Below, one piece after another: positions 46,634-57,081 of a stretch of DNA of 64,000 bases; position 1 is the first letter of the stretch, and each line of letters begins with the position of its first letter. A program made the translations under genes and the position numbers. The stretch is from positions 7,670-71,669 of the forward strand of contig CAZBUD010000014.1 in NCBI GenBank assembly GCA_964495015.1, read 5' to 3'. The notes under the pieces were generated by a model, which was given only the letters and a program-made list of their open reading frames with translations, had not been told where the DNA came from and did not search any database. Source of the stretch: an uncultured Enterobacteriaceae bacterium. Lineage in GTDB: Bacteria > Desulfobacterota > Binatia > Bin18.

Positions 46634-46784
46634 TCGCATTCCCTGTGACCTGTTGGAAAAGTAAGCTCTGATCGTTTTCAAAAACTTTCCGTACGCATCC
46701 TAAATATCTTAGACTTTCTTTTTGCCTTCCGGCTCGGAAAATTACGTGCATGGAGGTTACTGTCGACGATAGCCACGACGGACT

Positions 46785-47627
46785 CAGGTAGTGTCAGTAT
46801 CTTACTGTTCCGTAAAGTGGAGACCGCCGTCTATCTTGCGCTGGTGTTAGAAAAGCCCCTGCTCGCTTGGAGGCCGGCCGGGGTCGGCAAGACCGAGATT
46901 GCCAATGTCTTGGCCGTGCTGCTACAGACCTATTTGATCCCCCCTGCAATGTTATGAGGGGCTTGATGAGGCACGCGCGTTATACGAGTGGAATTATCAG
47001 AAACAGCTGCTTCGGATTCAAACCGATACTGCCCAGGCTCTTGGTTGGGAGGGCGCCTCGGAACATATTTTTTCTCAGGACTATCTGCTTGAGCGGCCTT
47101 TACTGCAATCGATTAGCGCCCGACAAAAAGTGGTATTGTTGGTAGATTAAGGTGGATAAAGCAGACGAGGAATTTGAAGCCTTTTTACTTGAACAGCTGA
47201 GTGATTTCCAGGTGAGTATTCCGGAGCTTGGAACAGTGCGCGCCGTGCATCGCCCAGTCGTGATTCTGACCTCCAACCGGGTGAGAGAGCTTTCCGAACC
47301 GCTCAAGCGGCGCTGTCCCCACTTATATATCGATTTCCCCGGGGTTGAGCTGGAGGCCAAGATTATCGCTCCCAAGGTCGCTAATCTGGATGAGAACTTG
47401 CGAAGACAGGTGGCACGTTTCGTGAACAACTAGCGGAAACTCGATGTAAAGAAAGCTCCGAGTATTGCAGAAACCCTGGATTGGGTACGTGCCCTGCTCC
47501 CCTTTTGGTAAAAGAGCTGGATGTGCAGGCCGTCAAACGGAGCCTCAATCTCTTGCTGAAGCATGAAGAAGACATTCGTTTGGCTGAGGGACGTTTAGGA
47601 GAATTTTTGCGGGTCCCCTCAGCATAG
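46785..47627 (+). pseudogene. MoxR/CbbQ-type AAA+ ATPase, decayed (3 frameshifts, 2 in-frame stops, 5' truncation)
   Basis: Fragments in three frames read: ..LEKPLLAWRPAGVGKTEIANVLA.. / LQCYEGLDEARALYEWNYQKQLLRIQ..VVLLVD-TAA / VDKADEEFEAFLLEQLSDFQVSIPELGTV..ILTSNRVRELSEPLKRRC..-TAG-RKLDVKKAPSIAETLDWVRALL / VKELDVQAVKRSLNLLLKHEEDIRLAEG. The first Walker A Gly is replaced (WRPAGVGKT). Confidence 0.8.
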
Positions 47628-47669
47628 CTGGTCCGCCGTTGTGAGACGTACGCAACCTGTGCTAACACC

Positions 47670-47698
47670 TTGACTCTATTGGTGTTTGCCCTTACACT
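47670..47698 (+). promoter_or_regulatory. Candidate sigma70 promoter for aroQ-accBC
   Basis: TTGACT-N17-TACACT, 25 nt upstream of the aroQ ATG. Confidence 0.45.
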
Positions 47699-47722
47699 CG
47701 GCCCTCTTTCAGGAATGTCGCT

Positions 47723-48181
47723 ATGGAAGCAAAAGCGCCCACCCGCATCCTTGTCCTGCACGGCCCTAACCTCAATACATTAGGTCTGCGCGAACCGGAA
47801 ATTTACGGTACGATCACCTTGGCGGATGTAAATGCTCAGATTGCTACGTTGGCAGCTGAGCTCGGCCTTGAGGTCGAGATCTTTCAGTCTAACCATGAGG
47901 GGCAACTGGTTGATAAGATACAGACCGCGCGGGAACAGTGTGACGCGCTGGTGATCAACGCTGGAGCTTATACCCATACGAGTGTAGCACTGCTCGACGC
48001 GCTTTTGTCCGTCGGACTACCCGTTGTCGAAGTGCATCTCTCGAATCTGTACAAACGGGAAGAGTTCCGCCATCATTCGTATATTGCTCGGGCGGCGATT
48101 GGACAGATTTGTGGGTTTGGAGTCGACAGCTATCTTCTTGGCGTACGGGCGGTTGTTGCGACGCTCAAAAAAGCGACATAA
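47723..48181 (+). CDS. aroQ: Type II 3-dehydroquinate dehydratase
   Basis: [21 protein letters not shown]...[15 protein letters not shown]. Confidence 0.92.
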   Translation: MEAKAPTRILVLHGPNLNTLGLREPEIYGTITLADVNAQIATLAAELGLEVEIFQSNHEGQLVDKIQTAREQCDALVINAGAYTHTSVALLDALLSVGLPVVEVHLSNLYKREEFRHHSYIARAAIGQICGFGVDSYLLGVRAVVATLKKAT

Positions 48182-48273
48182 ACGAGCGCCTTGTCGCTGT
48201 GTATGAGAAGTGCGGGGCGGGCGGAGGAATCAACACGCTGAATACAAGTACGGGGGGCTACGGGGTAGGGATC

Positions 48274-48732
48274 ATGGAGATTGACGAGATTAAAAAGCTT
48301 ATTGAGCTGATGGAAGAAAAAGGGGTGGTCGAGCTCGAACTCAAAGATCGCTCTGGCGAAGTCCGCTTGGTGCGTGGCGTCCAGCCCATAACCCAGGCAG
48401 CTGCTGTTACGGTGTCGTACCCAGGCAACGCCCAAACGCCTGCCGCACAAGCGACCAATTCAGGTGCGCCGGAGCAGACCGAAACGGACCCGAACTTGAC
48501 CATTACCTCACCCATGGTTGGGACGTTCTACACCGCATCAAGCCCTGAGGCCGCCCCCTTCATTGCTGTGGGGGGCAGGGTGGAGAAAGGGGATGTTGTG
48601 TGCATCATTGAAGCAATGAAAATGATGAACGAGATCGAGGCTGAGCTGCAGGGGCGGGTCCGCAGGGTTCTGGTCGAGAACGGTCAACCCGTCGAGTATG
48701 GTCAAGCGCTTTTTCTGCTTGAGTCAGCCTAA
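48274..48732 (+). CDS. accB: Acetyl-CoA carboxylase biotin carboxyl carrier protein
   Basis: [16 protein letters not shown]-terminus, a Pro/Ala linker, and the biotinylation motif [12 protein letters not shown]. Confidence 0.92.
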   Translation: MEIDEIKKLIELMEEKGVVELELKDRSGEVRLVRGVQPITQAAAVTVSYPGNAQTPAAQATNSGAPEQTETDPNLTITSPMVGTFYTASSPEAAPFIAVGGRVEKGDVVCIIEAMKMMNEIEAELQGRVRRVLVENGQPVEYGQALFLLESA

Positions 48733-48762
48733 ACCTGCTAGATCTACCAAAACGAGACCATC

Positions 48763-50151
48763 GTGTTTAAGAAAATCTTGATTGCCAACCGCAGCGAGAT
48801 TGCGGTCCGCATCATCCGTGCGTGCCGCACGCTGGAGATCGCCACAGTCGCCGTCTACTCTACGGCTGATCGCGGGGCCTTGCATACGCAGCTAGCTGAT
48901 GAGAGCGTCTGTATCGGACCACCGAGTCCAACTAAGAGCTATTTGAATATTCCGGCGATCGTCAGTGCCGCTCTTGCCTTTGGTGCTGATGCTGTCCATC
49001 CTGGCTACGGCTTTCTGTCTGAAAATGGTGACTTTGCCGAAGCCTGTCAGCGTTCGGGCCTCGTTTTCGTCGGTCCGCGAGTACGGAATATTCGTCTCAT
49101 GGGGGATAAAGCCCGGGCTCGCCGGATTATGGAGCGCGCGGGCGTACCCGTCTTGTCCGGCACCTCCTCGGGGATTACCGATGTCAAAGAAGCGCAAGCC
49201 GTGGCTGCCCAGGTTGGATTCCCGGTACTAATTAAAGCTGCAGGTGGAGGAGGCGGTCGAGGGCTACGCATCGTACATAAGCTTGACGATCTGGCTATGC
49301 TGTTTGCCGTCGCCCAAGAGGAGGCTGAGAACGCATTTGGTAACGGCGCGCTCTACGTTGAGAAATACTTAGAACGGGCCCGACACATTGAGTTCCAAAT
49401 TGTTGCCGACCAACACCGCAATGTCATCCATCTTGGCGAACGGGAGTGTTCGGTCCAGCGTCGCTACCAAAAACTTCTTGAAGAATCCCCGTCTCCAGCG
49501 CTAACGAAACGACAGCGCGAACGCATGGGCGCGATGGCTGTCAAAGCGGCACGAGCAGTTGGGTATACCAATGTCGGTACGATCGAATTCTTGGTTGATT
49601 CTCGGCGGCATTTTTATTTTATTGAAATGAATACCCGTGTCCAGGTCGAACATCCGGTGACAGAGATGACGACTGGTATTGACGTGGTGCAGGCAGGCAT
49701 CCGTTCGGCAGCTGGTGAGCGGCTACCCTGGCGACAGAAAGATGTGGTGTTTTCCGGGTGCGCCATAGAGTGCCGCGTTGTTGCCGAAGATCCGTTGACC
49801 ATGTTGCCCTCGCCGGGGACGATTCGTGCCTATCATCCGCCTGGTGGAATAGGCGTGCGGGTCGAATCTGGGGTGATGGAAAACAGCATTGTTTCCATTT
49901 ACTATGATTCCTTAGTGGCAAAGGTCATTGTGAGTGGTCAGACCCGTGATGAGGCGGTGCAGCGAATGCGAGCGGCTATGGCGGAATACCGCATTGACGG
50001 GATCAAGACCAATATTCCACTGCACCAGAGGATTCTGCGTGACCCGGAGTTTCTGGCAGGTGAGGTGCACACGCGCTACCTCGACAAATTTTTATCCCGA
50101 CCAAGTGCTATTGGCATTCCCAAGTCTAAACGTACTGCCGGACAGACCTGA
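48763..50151 (+). CDS. accC: Acetyl-CoA carboxylase biotin carboxylase subunit
   Basis: MFKKILIANRSEIAVRIIRAC, GGGGRG loop, EMNTRVQVEHPVTE. GTG start. Confidence 0.95.
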   Translation: MFKKILIANRSEIAVRIIRACRTLEIATVAVYSTADRGALHTQLADESVCIGPPSPTKSYLNIPAIVSAALAFGADAVHPGYGFLSENGDFAEACQRSGLVFVGPRVRNIRLMGDKARARRIMERAGVPVLSGTSSGITDVKEAQAVAAQVGFPVLIKAAGGGGGRGLRIVHKLDDLAMLFAVAQEEAENAFGNGALYVEKYLERARHIEFQIVADQHRNVIHLGERECSVQRRYQKLLEESPSPALTKRQRERMGAMAVKAARAVGYTNVGTIEFLVDSRRHFYFIEMNTRVQVEHPVTEMTTGIDVVQAGIRSAAGERLPWRQKDVVFSGCAIECRVVAEDPLTMLPSPGTIRAYHPPGGIGVRVESGVMENSIVSIYYDSLVAKVIVSGQTRDEAVQRMRAAMAEYRIDGIKTNIPLHQRILRDPEFLAGEVHTRYLDKFLSRPSAIGIPKSKRTAGQT

Positions 50152-50162
50152 GGAGGCAAACT

Positions 50163-51260
50163 ATGCATGTGGGGCGCTTTGGGATTCTTACTAATATGCT
50201 GCTACTGACGGGAACGGTCTGGACTATGAGCGCGTTTGGCGGACTGGGTGCCCCTCGTGCGGAGCCCACTGCAGAGAATGCTCTGCAGGCTGAAGCAGGG
50301 ACCGATACCAGCACATATACTGGCCCACGAATGGTTTTTGCTGAACCAGTGTTCGACTTCGGCCAAGCCGAGCAGGGAGAGAAGGTGACCCATCTGTTCC
50401 GATTTACCAATCGAGGCAACGGAGATCTGCGGGTTAAATCGATTAGGACATCCTGTGGATGTACGGCCGCAGTGATTTCGGCTGACGTGATTCTACCGGG
50501 CAAGGAAGGGACAATTCGCGCAACCCTTGATACCAAACAGTTTTCCGGGGAGAAGGCTAAAAGCATTAATGTCTATAGTAACGATCGGCTGAGCCCGGTT
50601 ACGACGCTGACATTACAAGGCGAGATTACGGTCGAGGTCGAGGTTGAACCAAGCGAGTTATATCTAGGCCGATTGCGTCGCGGCAGGGAAGAGACGTACA
50701 CCGTGCACGTCCTGTACGACGAGAAGAAAGCGATTGAGGTGACAGGGATCACCCATACTCATCCTGCTATTGCAGTGCAGACCGAAGACGTACAGACCCG
50801 TGGAAAGAAAGGTAAAAGACTACGCGTTAGTGTCACCGAAGCGGCCGAGCTGGGCCGTTTGAACGACCAGATTGTGGTCACCACAACCAGCAAAAAGAAG
50901 CCGACCATCACGATCCCAGTCTTTGGTAGTATCGAAGGCGATCTGATGGTCCTGCCGCCGCAGGTCTCGTTCGGGGTGGTGCGGCAGGGGGTCGGAAAAA
51001 CGCAGCATATTCGCATTCAGAATCGGTCAGCCCAACCGGTCTCAGTCGTGCAGGTTACGAGTTCGCTGGATAGTATCGTTCCGAAGATTACCGAGATCAC
51101 GCCTGGTAAAGAATATCGATTGAGCCTACGCGTGAAAGGCGAAAGCGCACCGGGCAAGATTCGCGGGTCGATTGAAGTGGTGACGGATCATCCTGAAGAA
51201 AAACATCTCAGCATCCCTCTGTATGGCATGATCTCCGCTGCCTTGCAGGCCAGCCGCTAA
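50163..51260 (+). CDS. DUF1573 domain-containing secreted protein (two repeats)
   Basis: FDFGQAEQGEKVTHLFRFTNRGNGDLRVKSIRTSCGCT is the DUF1573 signature. A second Ig-like repeat follows. Confidence 0.8.
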   Translation: MHVGRFGILTNMLLLTGTVWTMSAFGGLGAPRAEPTAENALQAEAGTDTSTYTGPRMVFAEPVFDFGQAEQGEKVTHLFRFTNRGNGDLRVKSIRTSCGCTAAVISADVILPGKEGTIRATLDTKQFSGEKAKSINVYSNDRLSPVTTLTLQGEITVEVEVEPSELYLGRLRRGREETYTVHVLYDEKKAIEVTGITHTHPAIAVQTEDVQTRGKKGKRLRVSVTEAAELGRLNDQIVVTTTSKKKPTITIPVFGSIEGDLMVLPPQVSFGVVRQGVGKTQHIRIQNRSAQPVSVVQVTSSLDSIVPKITEITPGKEYRLSLRVKGESAPGKIRGSIEVVTDHPEEKHLSIPLYGMISAALQASR

Positions 51261-51283
51261 GTCTTCCCAGTCAACGCTTGAGT

Positions 51284-54200
51284 ATGAATGAGGTGCAGGC
51301 TTCTGCCAATCTCCTGTCGCTGTCAGACGCGCTTGAGACCACGGCCCGTTTCATTCGCTCCGGACGAGCTCAGCCTGCTCAGAATGTCATCCGACTGGCC
51401 GGACTCAAGGGGGCTGCACGTGCCTTTTTTATTGCACGCAGCCTCGATCAAGATCCTCGACCGGCCCTGTGCCTACTCCCGACTGATAAAGATGCAGAAG
51501 CCTTTGCGGATGATCTACGCCTCTTTCTGAGAAACGGCCACTCGGAGAGTATCTGCTCCGAGCGCGTCCGTTACTATCCCGCTTGGGATGTGTCAGTTGC
51601 TGAAGGCCTCTCACCGAGCAATGAAGTCTTAGCAGCACAAATAGAGGGACTGTACGATTTGCTTGCAATCGAAACGCCTCTTCTCGTGACCTCGGCTGAG
51701 GCCTTGCTACAGCGGGTCTTGCCACAAGAAGAATTCATAACAGCAACATTACGCCTCCGTATAGCGGACGATTTTCCGCTGTCTGAACTCGTGGAATATT
51801 GTACCCAATGGGGGTACCGTCGTGTCCCGCTGGTTGAAGAGAAAGGTGAGATTAGCGTACGTGGCGGGATTGTTGATCTCTTCCCCCCCCTCGCGCAGCA
51901 TCCTCTTCGCATCGAATTTGTGGGCGATACAATTGAAACAATGCGGTCATTTGATCCCGTCTCGCAGCGTTCTATCGATTCCGTCGACGAAATGATGATC
52001 TTGCCTATGCGCTTCTTTTCAGTAGGCCGCCTGCAAGCCGCACGGCGGACTATCGAAGAGGCGCTGGATGAGAGAGAAATCGCTCACAGGGAGCAGAAGC
52101 GTATTATAGAAAATCTCAAGAGTGGTCTCTCCTTTCCTGGTGTCGAATTCTTCCTGCCTTATTTGTATCCCGACCTTGAGCAGGTGAGTGAATATTTGCC
52201 GCGTGGGGCTGTGGTGTGGGCTATCGACCCAGCACAGCAGGACTTAGTGTGTGAGACCTTTTGGGATCAGGTTGTCGCGCGTACGCAGGCAGCCCTTGAG
52301 GCGGGCCGTTTTATTCCTGCTCCCGAGCGGTGTTATCTGTCTGCGGAAGACGCGTTAGGTTGGCGGACTGCGTTCGTGTCGGCGGAGCTGCGGAGTTTAG
52401 AAACCATTGACGCCGATTGTACGATCGCATCGACTTTGCACACCGGCTTAAAAGCTATCTCCCATACTGCTGGAGCAGAAAAAAGTCTCGCCCCGCTCGT
52501 TGGACAGATTCGGCGCTGGCAAGACGAACACATGCGGGTCTGTCTTACTGTTTCCAGTCAACGCCAGGCAGCCCACCTTCAGCACTTATTGCTCGGCTAT
52601 GAGCTGAAGCTGCCCATAGAAAAGAATACCGGGCGGCAGGCTGAGCAGGACGTGCACGGAGCTGGAGTGACGATCCTGGTTGGGCAGCTGTCTCAGGGCT
52701 TTGGCCTACCGGCCGATGGTTATGTCTTCCTGGCCGAAGAGGAAATCTTTGGCGAGCGACGTCATCGGCGTCGCTCCCGTCCGCGTCCGGTCGCAGATTA
52801 TCTGACTGGCCTGAGTCAGCTCACTCTGGGTGATTATGTGGTTCATACTGACCATGGTATTGGATGCTACAACGGACTCCAGCACTTGCGTGTCGCCGAT
52901 ACAGAAGGAGATTATCTGCAGCTCGAATACGCTGGCAGTGACAAGCTGTATTTGCCGGTCGAGCGCATTAATCTGGTGCAGAAATACGCTGGTGCGGGCA
53001 GCAAAACTCCGGCGTTGGATCGTTTGGGCGGACAAGCGTGGGAACGGGTCAAACGTAAGACGCGTGAGGTGATTCAGGCCATGGCGCGTGAGCTGCTCGA
53101 AATCCATGCGGTTCGGGAAAGCGCTGAGCGGCCGGCTCTTGCCACTTTTACGAGCGACTACGAGGAGTTTGTTACCCAGTTTCCGTTTGAAGAGACCAGT
53201 GGGCAGCGAGCGGCCATTGAAGATGTCTTGTCCGATCTGCAAAGTGCGAAGCCGATGGACAGGTTGGTGTGTGGCGACGTGGGTTATGGCAAAACCGAAG
53301 TCGCTCTGCGGGCGGCCTATCTTGCCGTTGAAGGCGGCAAACAAGTCGCCGTGCTGGTGCCGACCACGGTTTTGGCTCAGCAGCATGCGGAAACTTTTAC
53401 GAGACGATTTGACGACTATCCTATTCGGGTTGAATTGCTCAATCGGTTCCGTTCGCCGCAACAGGTCAAAGCGGTCATCCAGGGGCTGGCTTCTGGCGGG
53501 GTGGATATTGTCATCGGTACCCACCGTCTTTTGCAACGTGATATTGTGTTCAAGGAGCTTGGCCTGATCGTGGTTGACGAAGAACACCGGTTCGGCGTGA
53601 CACACAAGGAGAAAATCAAAAAGCTACGCCATCTCGTGGACGTCCTCACCCTGTCGGCTACGCCCATTCCTCGCTCGCTTAATATGGGCCTGATGGGGCT
53701 GCGGGATCTGAGCGTCATTGAAACACCGCCGGTGGATCGGCAGGCAATTCGCACCCATGTCGTGAGGTTCGATGAAGATCTTATTCGGTCGGCAATTTTG
53801 CAAGAACTCGCCCGTGGCGGGCAGATCTTTTTTGTCCACAATCGGGTCGAGACGATTGAAAAAATGGCTGCCCAACTCCGTGAGCTGGTGCCCGAGGCTG
53901 TCTTGGCTATTGCACATGGTCAGATGGCTGAGGGTCAACTCGAACAGGTGATGCTTGATTTCATGCACCACCGCGTCAACCTTTTGCTCTGCTCGGCCAT
54001 TATTGAATCTGGCCTCGATATCCCAACCGCGAATACGATTATTATCAACCGGGCGGATCATTTCGGGCTCGCCCAGTTATATCAACTCCGTGGCCGGGTT
54101 GGGCGCTCGGCCGTCCGTGCGTATGCCTATCTGCTCATACCTGGGGAACATCTCCTGACACGCGATGCCCAACGTCGTTTAGAAGTCTTGCAGGAATTGG

Positions 54201-54811
54201 ATGATCTTGGGGGTGGGTTTCGTTTGGCAGCGTACGATTTGGAGATCCGTGGGGCGGGCAATCTATTAGGCAAAGAGCAGTCCGGCCGCGTTGCCGCAGT
54301 AGGATATGAACTCTATGCCCAGATGTTAGAAGAAACCGTGCGTGAACTGCGCGGAGGGGAGATTGAGATTTCTATTGAGCCGGAGATTCATATAGGTCTG
54401 CCTGCCTATCTGCCTGAAGCTTATATCTCGGATGTAAACCAGCGCCTGGTCTTTTATAAAAAATTGGCAAACATTAAGGAGCAGAGCGACCTTGAAGATC
54501 TCGCTTATGAGATGGAAGACCGCTTTGGGATGCTGCCGGAGCTAGTTCGGCGTTTTATTGAGGTTATGGATCTGCGCCGGGTGCTACGTCAATACCTGGT
54601 AACAGCAGTATATCGAAAAGCCGATAAAGTTACCCTCCATTTTCACACCGACTCGCCTATCAAAGGCGAGCGTCTGGTGGCATTCATTCAGAAAAACAGC
54701 CGAGGGGCGCAGATCAGTCCGGACTTTCGTTTGACCTTTTCTCTTGAGTCGGACGAAGAAGTCATGGAAGCTGTGAAAACTCTCTTGCAGGACCTGAGCG
54801 AATCGTGTTAG
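51284..54811 (+). CDS. mfd: Transcription-repair coupling factor
   Basis: About 1175 aa. Helicase motifs GDVGYGKTEVALRA, VVDEEHRFGV and QLRGRVGR, plus a CarD-like domain (DYVVHTDHGIG). Confidence 0.95.
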   Translation: MNEVQASANLLSLSDALETTARFIRSGRAQPAQNVIRLAGLKGAARAFFIARSLDQDPRPALCLLPTDKDAEAFADDLRLFLRNGHSESICSERVRYYPAWDVSVAEGLSPSNEVLAAQIEGLYDLLAIETPLLVTSAEALLQRVLPQEEFITATLRLRIADDFPLSELVEYCTQWGYRRVPLVEEKGEISVRGGIVDLFPPLAQHPLRIEFVGDTIETMRSFDPVSQRSIDSVDEMMILPMRFFSVGRLQAARRTIEEALDEREIAHREQKRIIENLKSGLSFPGVEFFLPYLYPDLEQVSEYLPRGAVVWAIDPAQQDLVCETFWDQVVARTQAALEAGRFIPAPERCYLSAEDALGWRTAFVSAELRSLETIDADCTIASTLHTGLKAISHTAGAEKSLAPLVGQIRRWQDEHMRVCLTVSSQRQAAHLQHLLLGYELKLPIEKNTGRQAEQDVHGAGVTILVGQLSQGFGLPADGYVFLAEEEIFGERRHRRRSRPRPVADYLTGLSQLTLGDYVVHTDHGIGCYNGLQHLRVADTEGDYLQLEYAGSDKLYLPVERINLVQKYAGAGSKTPALDRLGGQAWERVKRKTREVIQAMARELLEIHAVRESAERPALATFTSDYEEFVTQFPFEETSGQRAAIEDVLSDLQSAKPMDRLVCGDVGYGKTEVALRAAYLAVEGGKQVAVLVPTTVLAQQHAETFTRRFDDYPIRVELLNRFRSPQQVKAVIQGLASGGVDIVIGTHRLLQRDIVFKELGLIVVDEEHRFGVTHKEKIKKLRHLVDVLTLSATPIPRSLNMGLMGLRDLSVIETPPVDRQAIRTHVVRFDEDLIRSAILQELARGGQIFFVHNRVETIEKMAAQLRELVPEAVLAIAHGQMAEGQLEQVMLDFMHHRVNLLLCSAIIESGLDIPTANTIIINRADHFGLAQLYQLRGRVGRSAVRAYAYLLIPGEHLLTRDAQRRLEVLQELDDLGGGFRLAAYDLEIRGAGNLLGKEQSGRVAAVGYELYAQMLEETVRELRGGEIEISIEPEIHIGLPAYLPEAYISDVNQRLVFYKKLANIKEQSDLEDLAYEMEDRFGMLPELVRRFIEVMDLRRVLRQYLVTAVYRKADKVTLHFHTDSPIKGERLVAFIQKNSRGAQISPDFRLTFSLESDEEVMEAVKTLLQDLSESC

Positions 54812-54821
54812 CCGGAGAAGT

Positions 54822-55925
54822 ATGATGAAAAGAAACGGAATATTCTTATGTGTTCTTGCCTTTTGCATGTGCATTGGATCAACACACAGCCAGGCCGAGG
54901 TGATCAACCGGATTGTGGCCACAGTTGATGGTGCGCCTATTACATTGCACGAAATGCAGGGCTTTCAGTCAGAGGCCGGGGCGGGGGCAAGCCCGCTTGC
55001 TCCAGACGGTGGGGCGGCGGGAATGTCTGATAAGGATGTCCTGGACGCCCTTATTATGCAGAAGTTGGTTAGGAAAGAAGTTGAATCGCAGAGCTTGAAA
55101 GCCAAGAAAGGTGAGATCGATGGCTATATCGCACGCATCCAGGCACAGAACAATCTGAGTGACGAAGAATTTGAAGCCGCGATAGTCGACCAAGGCATGA
55201 CCCTGGAGGCCTACCGCGAACGCGTCGCGGTCGAGGTCGAACAGGCGCTCTTGATGACTAGAGAAATTGGGTCACGGGTGAATGTCACGCCGGAGGATAT
55301 TCAGCGCTATTATGACGAACATATTGACGAATACACCCAGCCTGCGCAAATTCGGGTGCGACATGTTTTCCGGCCTCTGTCACGTGGTGCAGAAGAAGCC
55401 GAGGTACAGGAAGCGGCTGAGATTGTGTACTATGTTCGCCAGAGAGCCTTAGTAGGGGGAGATTATGGAAAGTTGGCAGATGAGTACTCGCTTGGACCGG
55501 GCGCGGGAAACGGTGGAGACCTCGGTTATTTTGAACGTGGTCAAATGCCGGAAGGCATCGAACTCGTTGCCTTCTCTTTAGAGAATGGGGATATTAGCCA
55601 ACCTTTTCGGACCGATGCGGGGATGCATCTGCTCAAAATAGAGGATAAGCGCAACGCAGGGCTGCAGCCGCTGGAGACGGTCTCGGAAGAGATTAAAAAC
55701 AAGCTCTATAATGACGCGCTGCGTGATCGATATGCCCGCTGGTTTAAGGAAGATTTGCGCTTTCGCCATCATGTGGAAAACTTTCTTGATGCCCCCGATG
55801 ACGATTTCGGCTCTGGGATCACTGAGACCAGTTCGGTTTTTGATAACGAAGTCGAAGACGTGTCGCCAGAACGCCTTGAGACGCCCAAGAGAAAGAGGCT
55901 GCTGGACTGGGTTTGGCCGTTCTAG
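54822..55925 (+). CDS. SurA-like periplasmic peptidyl-prolyl isomerase (parvulin domain)
   Basis: Signal peptide, a SurA N-domain-like region, and the PPIC motif GGDLGYFERGQMPEGIE...DAGMHLLKIEDKR. Confidence 0.85.
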   Translation: MMKRNGIFLCVLAFCMCIGSTHSQAEVINRIVATVDGAPITLHEMQGFQSEAGAGASPLAPDGGAAGMSDKDVLDALIMQKLVRKEVESQSLKAKKGEIDGYIARIQAQNNLSDEEFEAAIVDQGMTLEAYRERVAVEVEQALLMTREIGSRVNVTPEDIQRYYDEHIDEYTQPAQIRVRHVFRPLSRGAEEAEVQEAAEIVYYVRQRALVGGDYGKLADEYSLGPGAGNGGDLGYFERGQMPEGIELVAFSLENGDISQPFRTDAGMHLLKIEDKRNAGLQPLETVSEEIKNKLYNDALRDRYARWFKEDLRFRHHVENFLDAPDDDFGSGITETSSVFDNEVEDVSPERLETPKRKRLLDWVWPF

Positions 55926-55967
55926 CTGCTTCAGTTTCAACGGCACCGTTTTCTTTCCCTCCTAATC

Positions 55968-56957
55968 ATGGCAATCGTGCTTGGGGTGACTATGGGCGAT
56001 CCTGCGGGGATAGGCCCGGAGGTGGTGCTAAAAGCCCTACAGGTCATGCCTGCCCACTGTCGGGCTGTTGTTCTGGGGGATCTCGTCGTCCTACAGGAGA
56101 CGGCGACCCGCCTTGGCTCTGCACTGGTTCCGTATGCGTGGCAGGTTGGGGAGCCCTACCCGGATTCACCGCAAGATTTGCCCGTACTTATGCTCTCTCA
56201 GCTTACAGCTCAGGAGCGCATTCCAGGCCGGCCGAGCCCCTCCGGTGGGGCGGCGTCGTACCGATACGTAGAAACCGGCATCCGGCTCGCCCTGGACAAT
56301 ACGCCTGATGGGCTTGATGGGCTTGTGACTGCACCGATCAGCAAAGCCATGTGGCATGCGGCCGGTCATCACTATCCTGGACATACGGAACTCCTGGCCG
56401 CGTTGACTGAGACCCGTGACGTGCGGATGATGCTGGTTGGGAAGCAACTCCGTGTCATTCTTGTAACCACGCATATGCCCCTGGCCCAGGTACCGCAGAC
56501 GCTCTCGTGCGAACGTATAGAGAAAACCATAGCTTTGACGGCTGCCCATTTAGCCCGTTTCCACGGACTCCCAAATCCTCGGCTGGCTGTTGCCGGGCTC
56601 AACCCGCATGCCGGAGAAGCCGGTGCGTTTGGAGACGAAGAGCAGCAGGTGATTCAACCCGCAGTGGAGCGGGCGCGGACTCGGGGCCTGAGGGCGGAAG
56701 GGCCGTTTCCTGCAGATACCGTTTTCGTACGTGCGCTGAACGGTGAATTTGACGGGGTAATCTGTCAGTACCATGATCAGGGGCTTATTCCACTCAAATT
56801 GTTGGCCTGGGAGGACGGGGTAAATGTGACCCTGGGCTTGCCCATCGTACGGACCTCGCCCGATCATGGTACCGCCTTTGATATTGCCGGTCAGAATAAA
56901 GCGAGTTCCCGGAGTATGCAGGCTGCTCTGACTCTGGCGGCGGCGATGGCTCAGTAG
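55968..56957 (+). CDS. pdxA: 4-hydroxythreonine-4-phosphate dehydrogenase
   Basis: GDPAGIGPEV, YPGHTELLA, NPHAGE, RTSPDHGTAFDIAG. Confidence 0.92.
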   Translation: MAIVLGVTMGDPAGIGPEVVLKALQVMPAHCRAVVLGDLVVLQETATRLGSALVPYAWQVGEPYPDSPQDLPVLMLSQLTAQERIPGRPSPSGGAASYRYVETGIRLALDNTPDGLDGLVTAPISKAMWHAAGHHYPGHTELLAALTETRDVRMMLVGKQLRVILVTTHMPLAQVPQTLSCERIEKTIALTAAHLARFHGLPNPRLAVAGLNPHAGEAGAFGDEEQQVIQPAVERARTRGLRAEGPFPADTVFVRALNGEFDGVICQYHDQGLIPLKLLAWEDGVNVTLGLPIVRTSPDHGTAFDIAGQNKASSRSMQAALTLAAAMAQ

Positions 56958-57081
56958 ACCAAACTGACCAGACAGACCTAACCGTGGAGCCTGTATTCCT
57001 TGCAGAAAAAAGAGATTCTCCCGATTAAGAAAAAAAGACCAGACCAGCTGTTCTGCACAGGTATTCTGTAGAGGATTGGAT

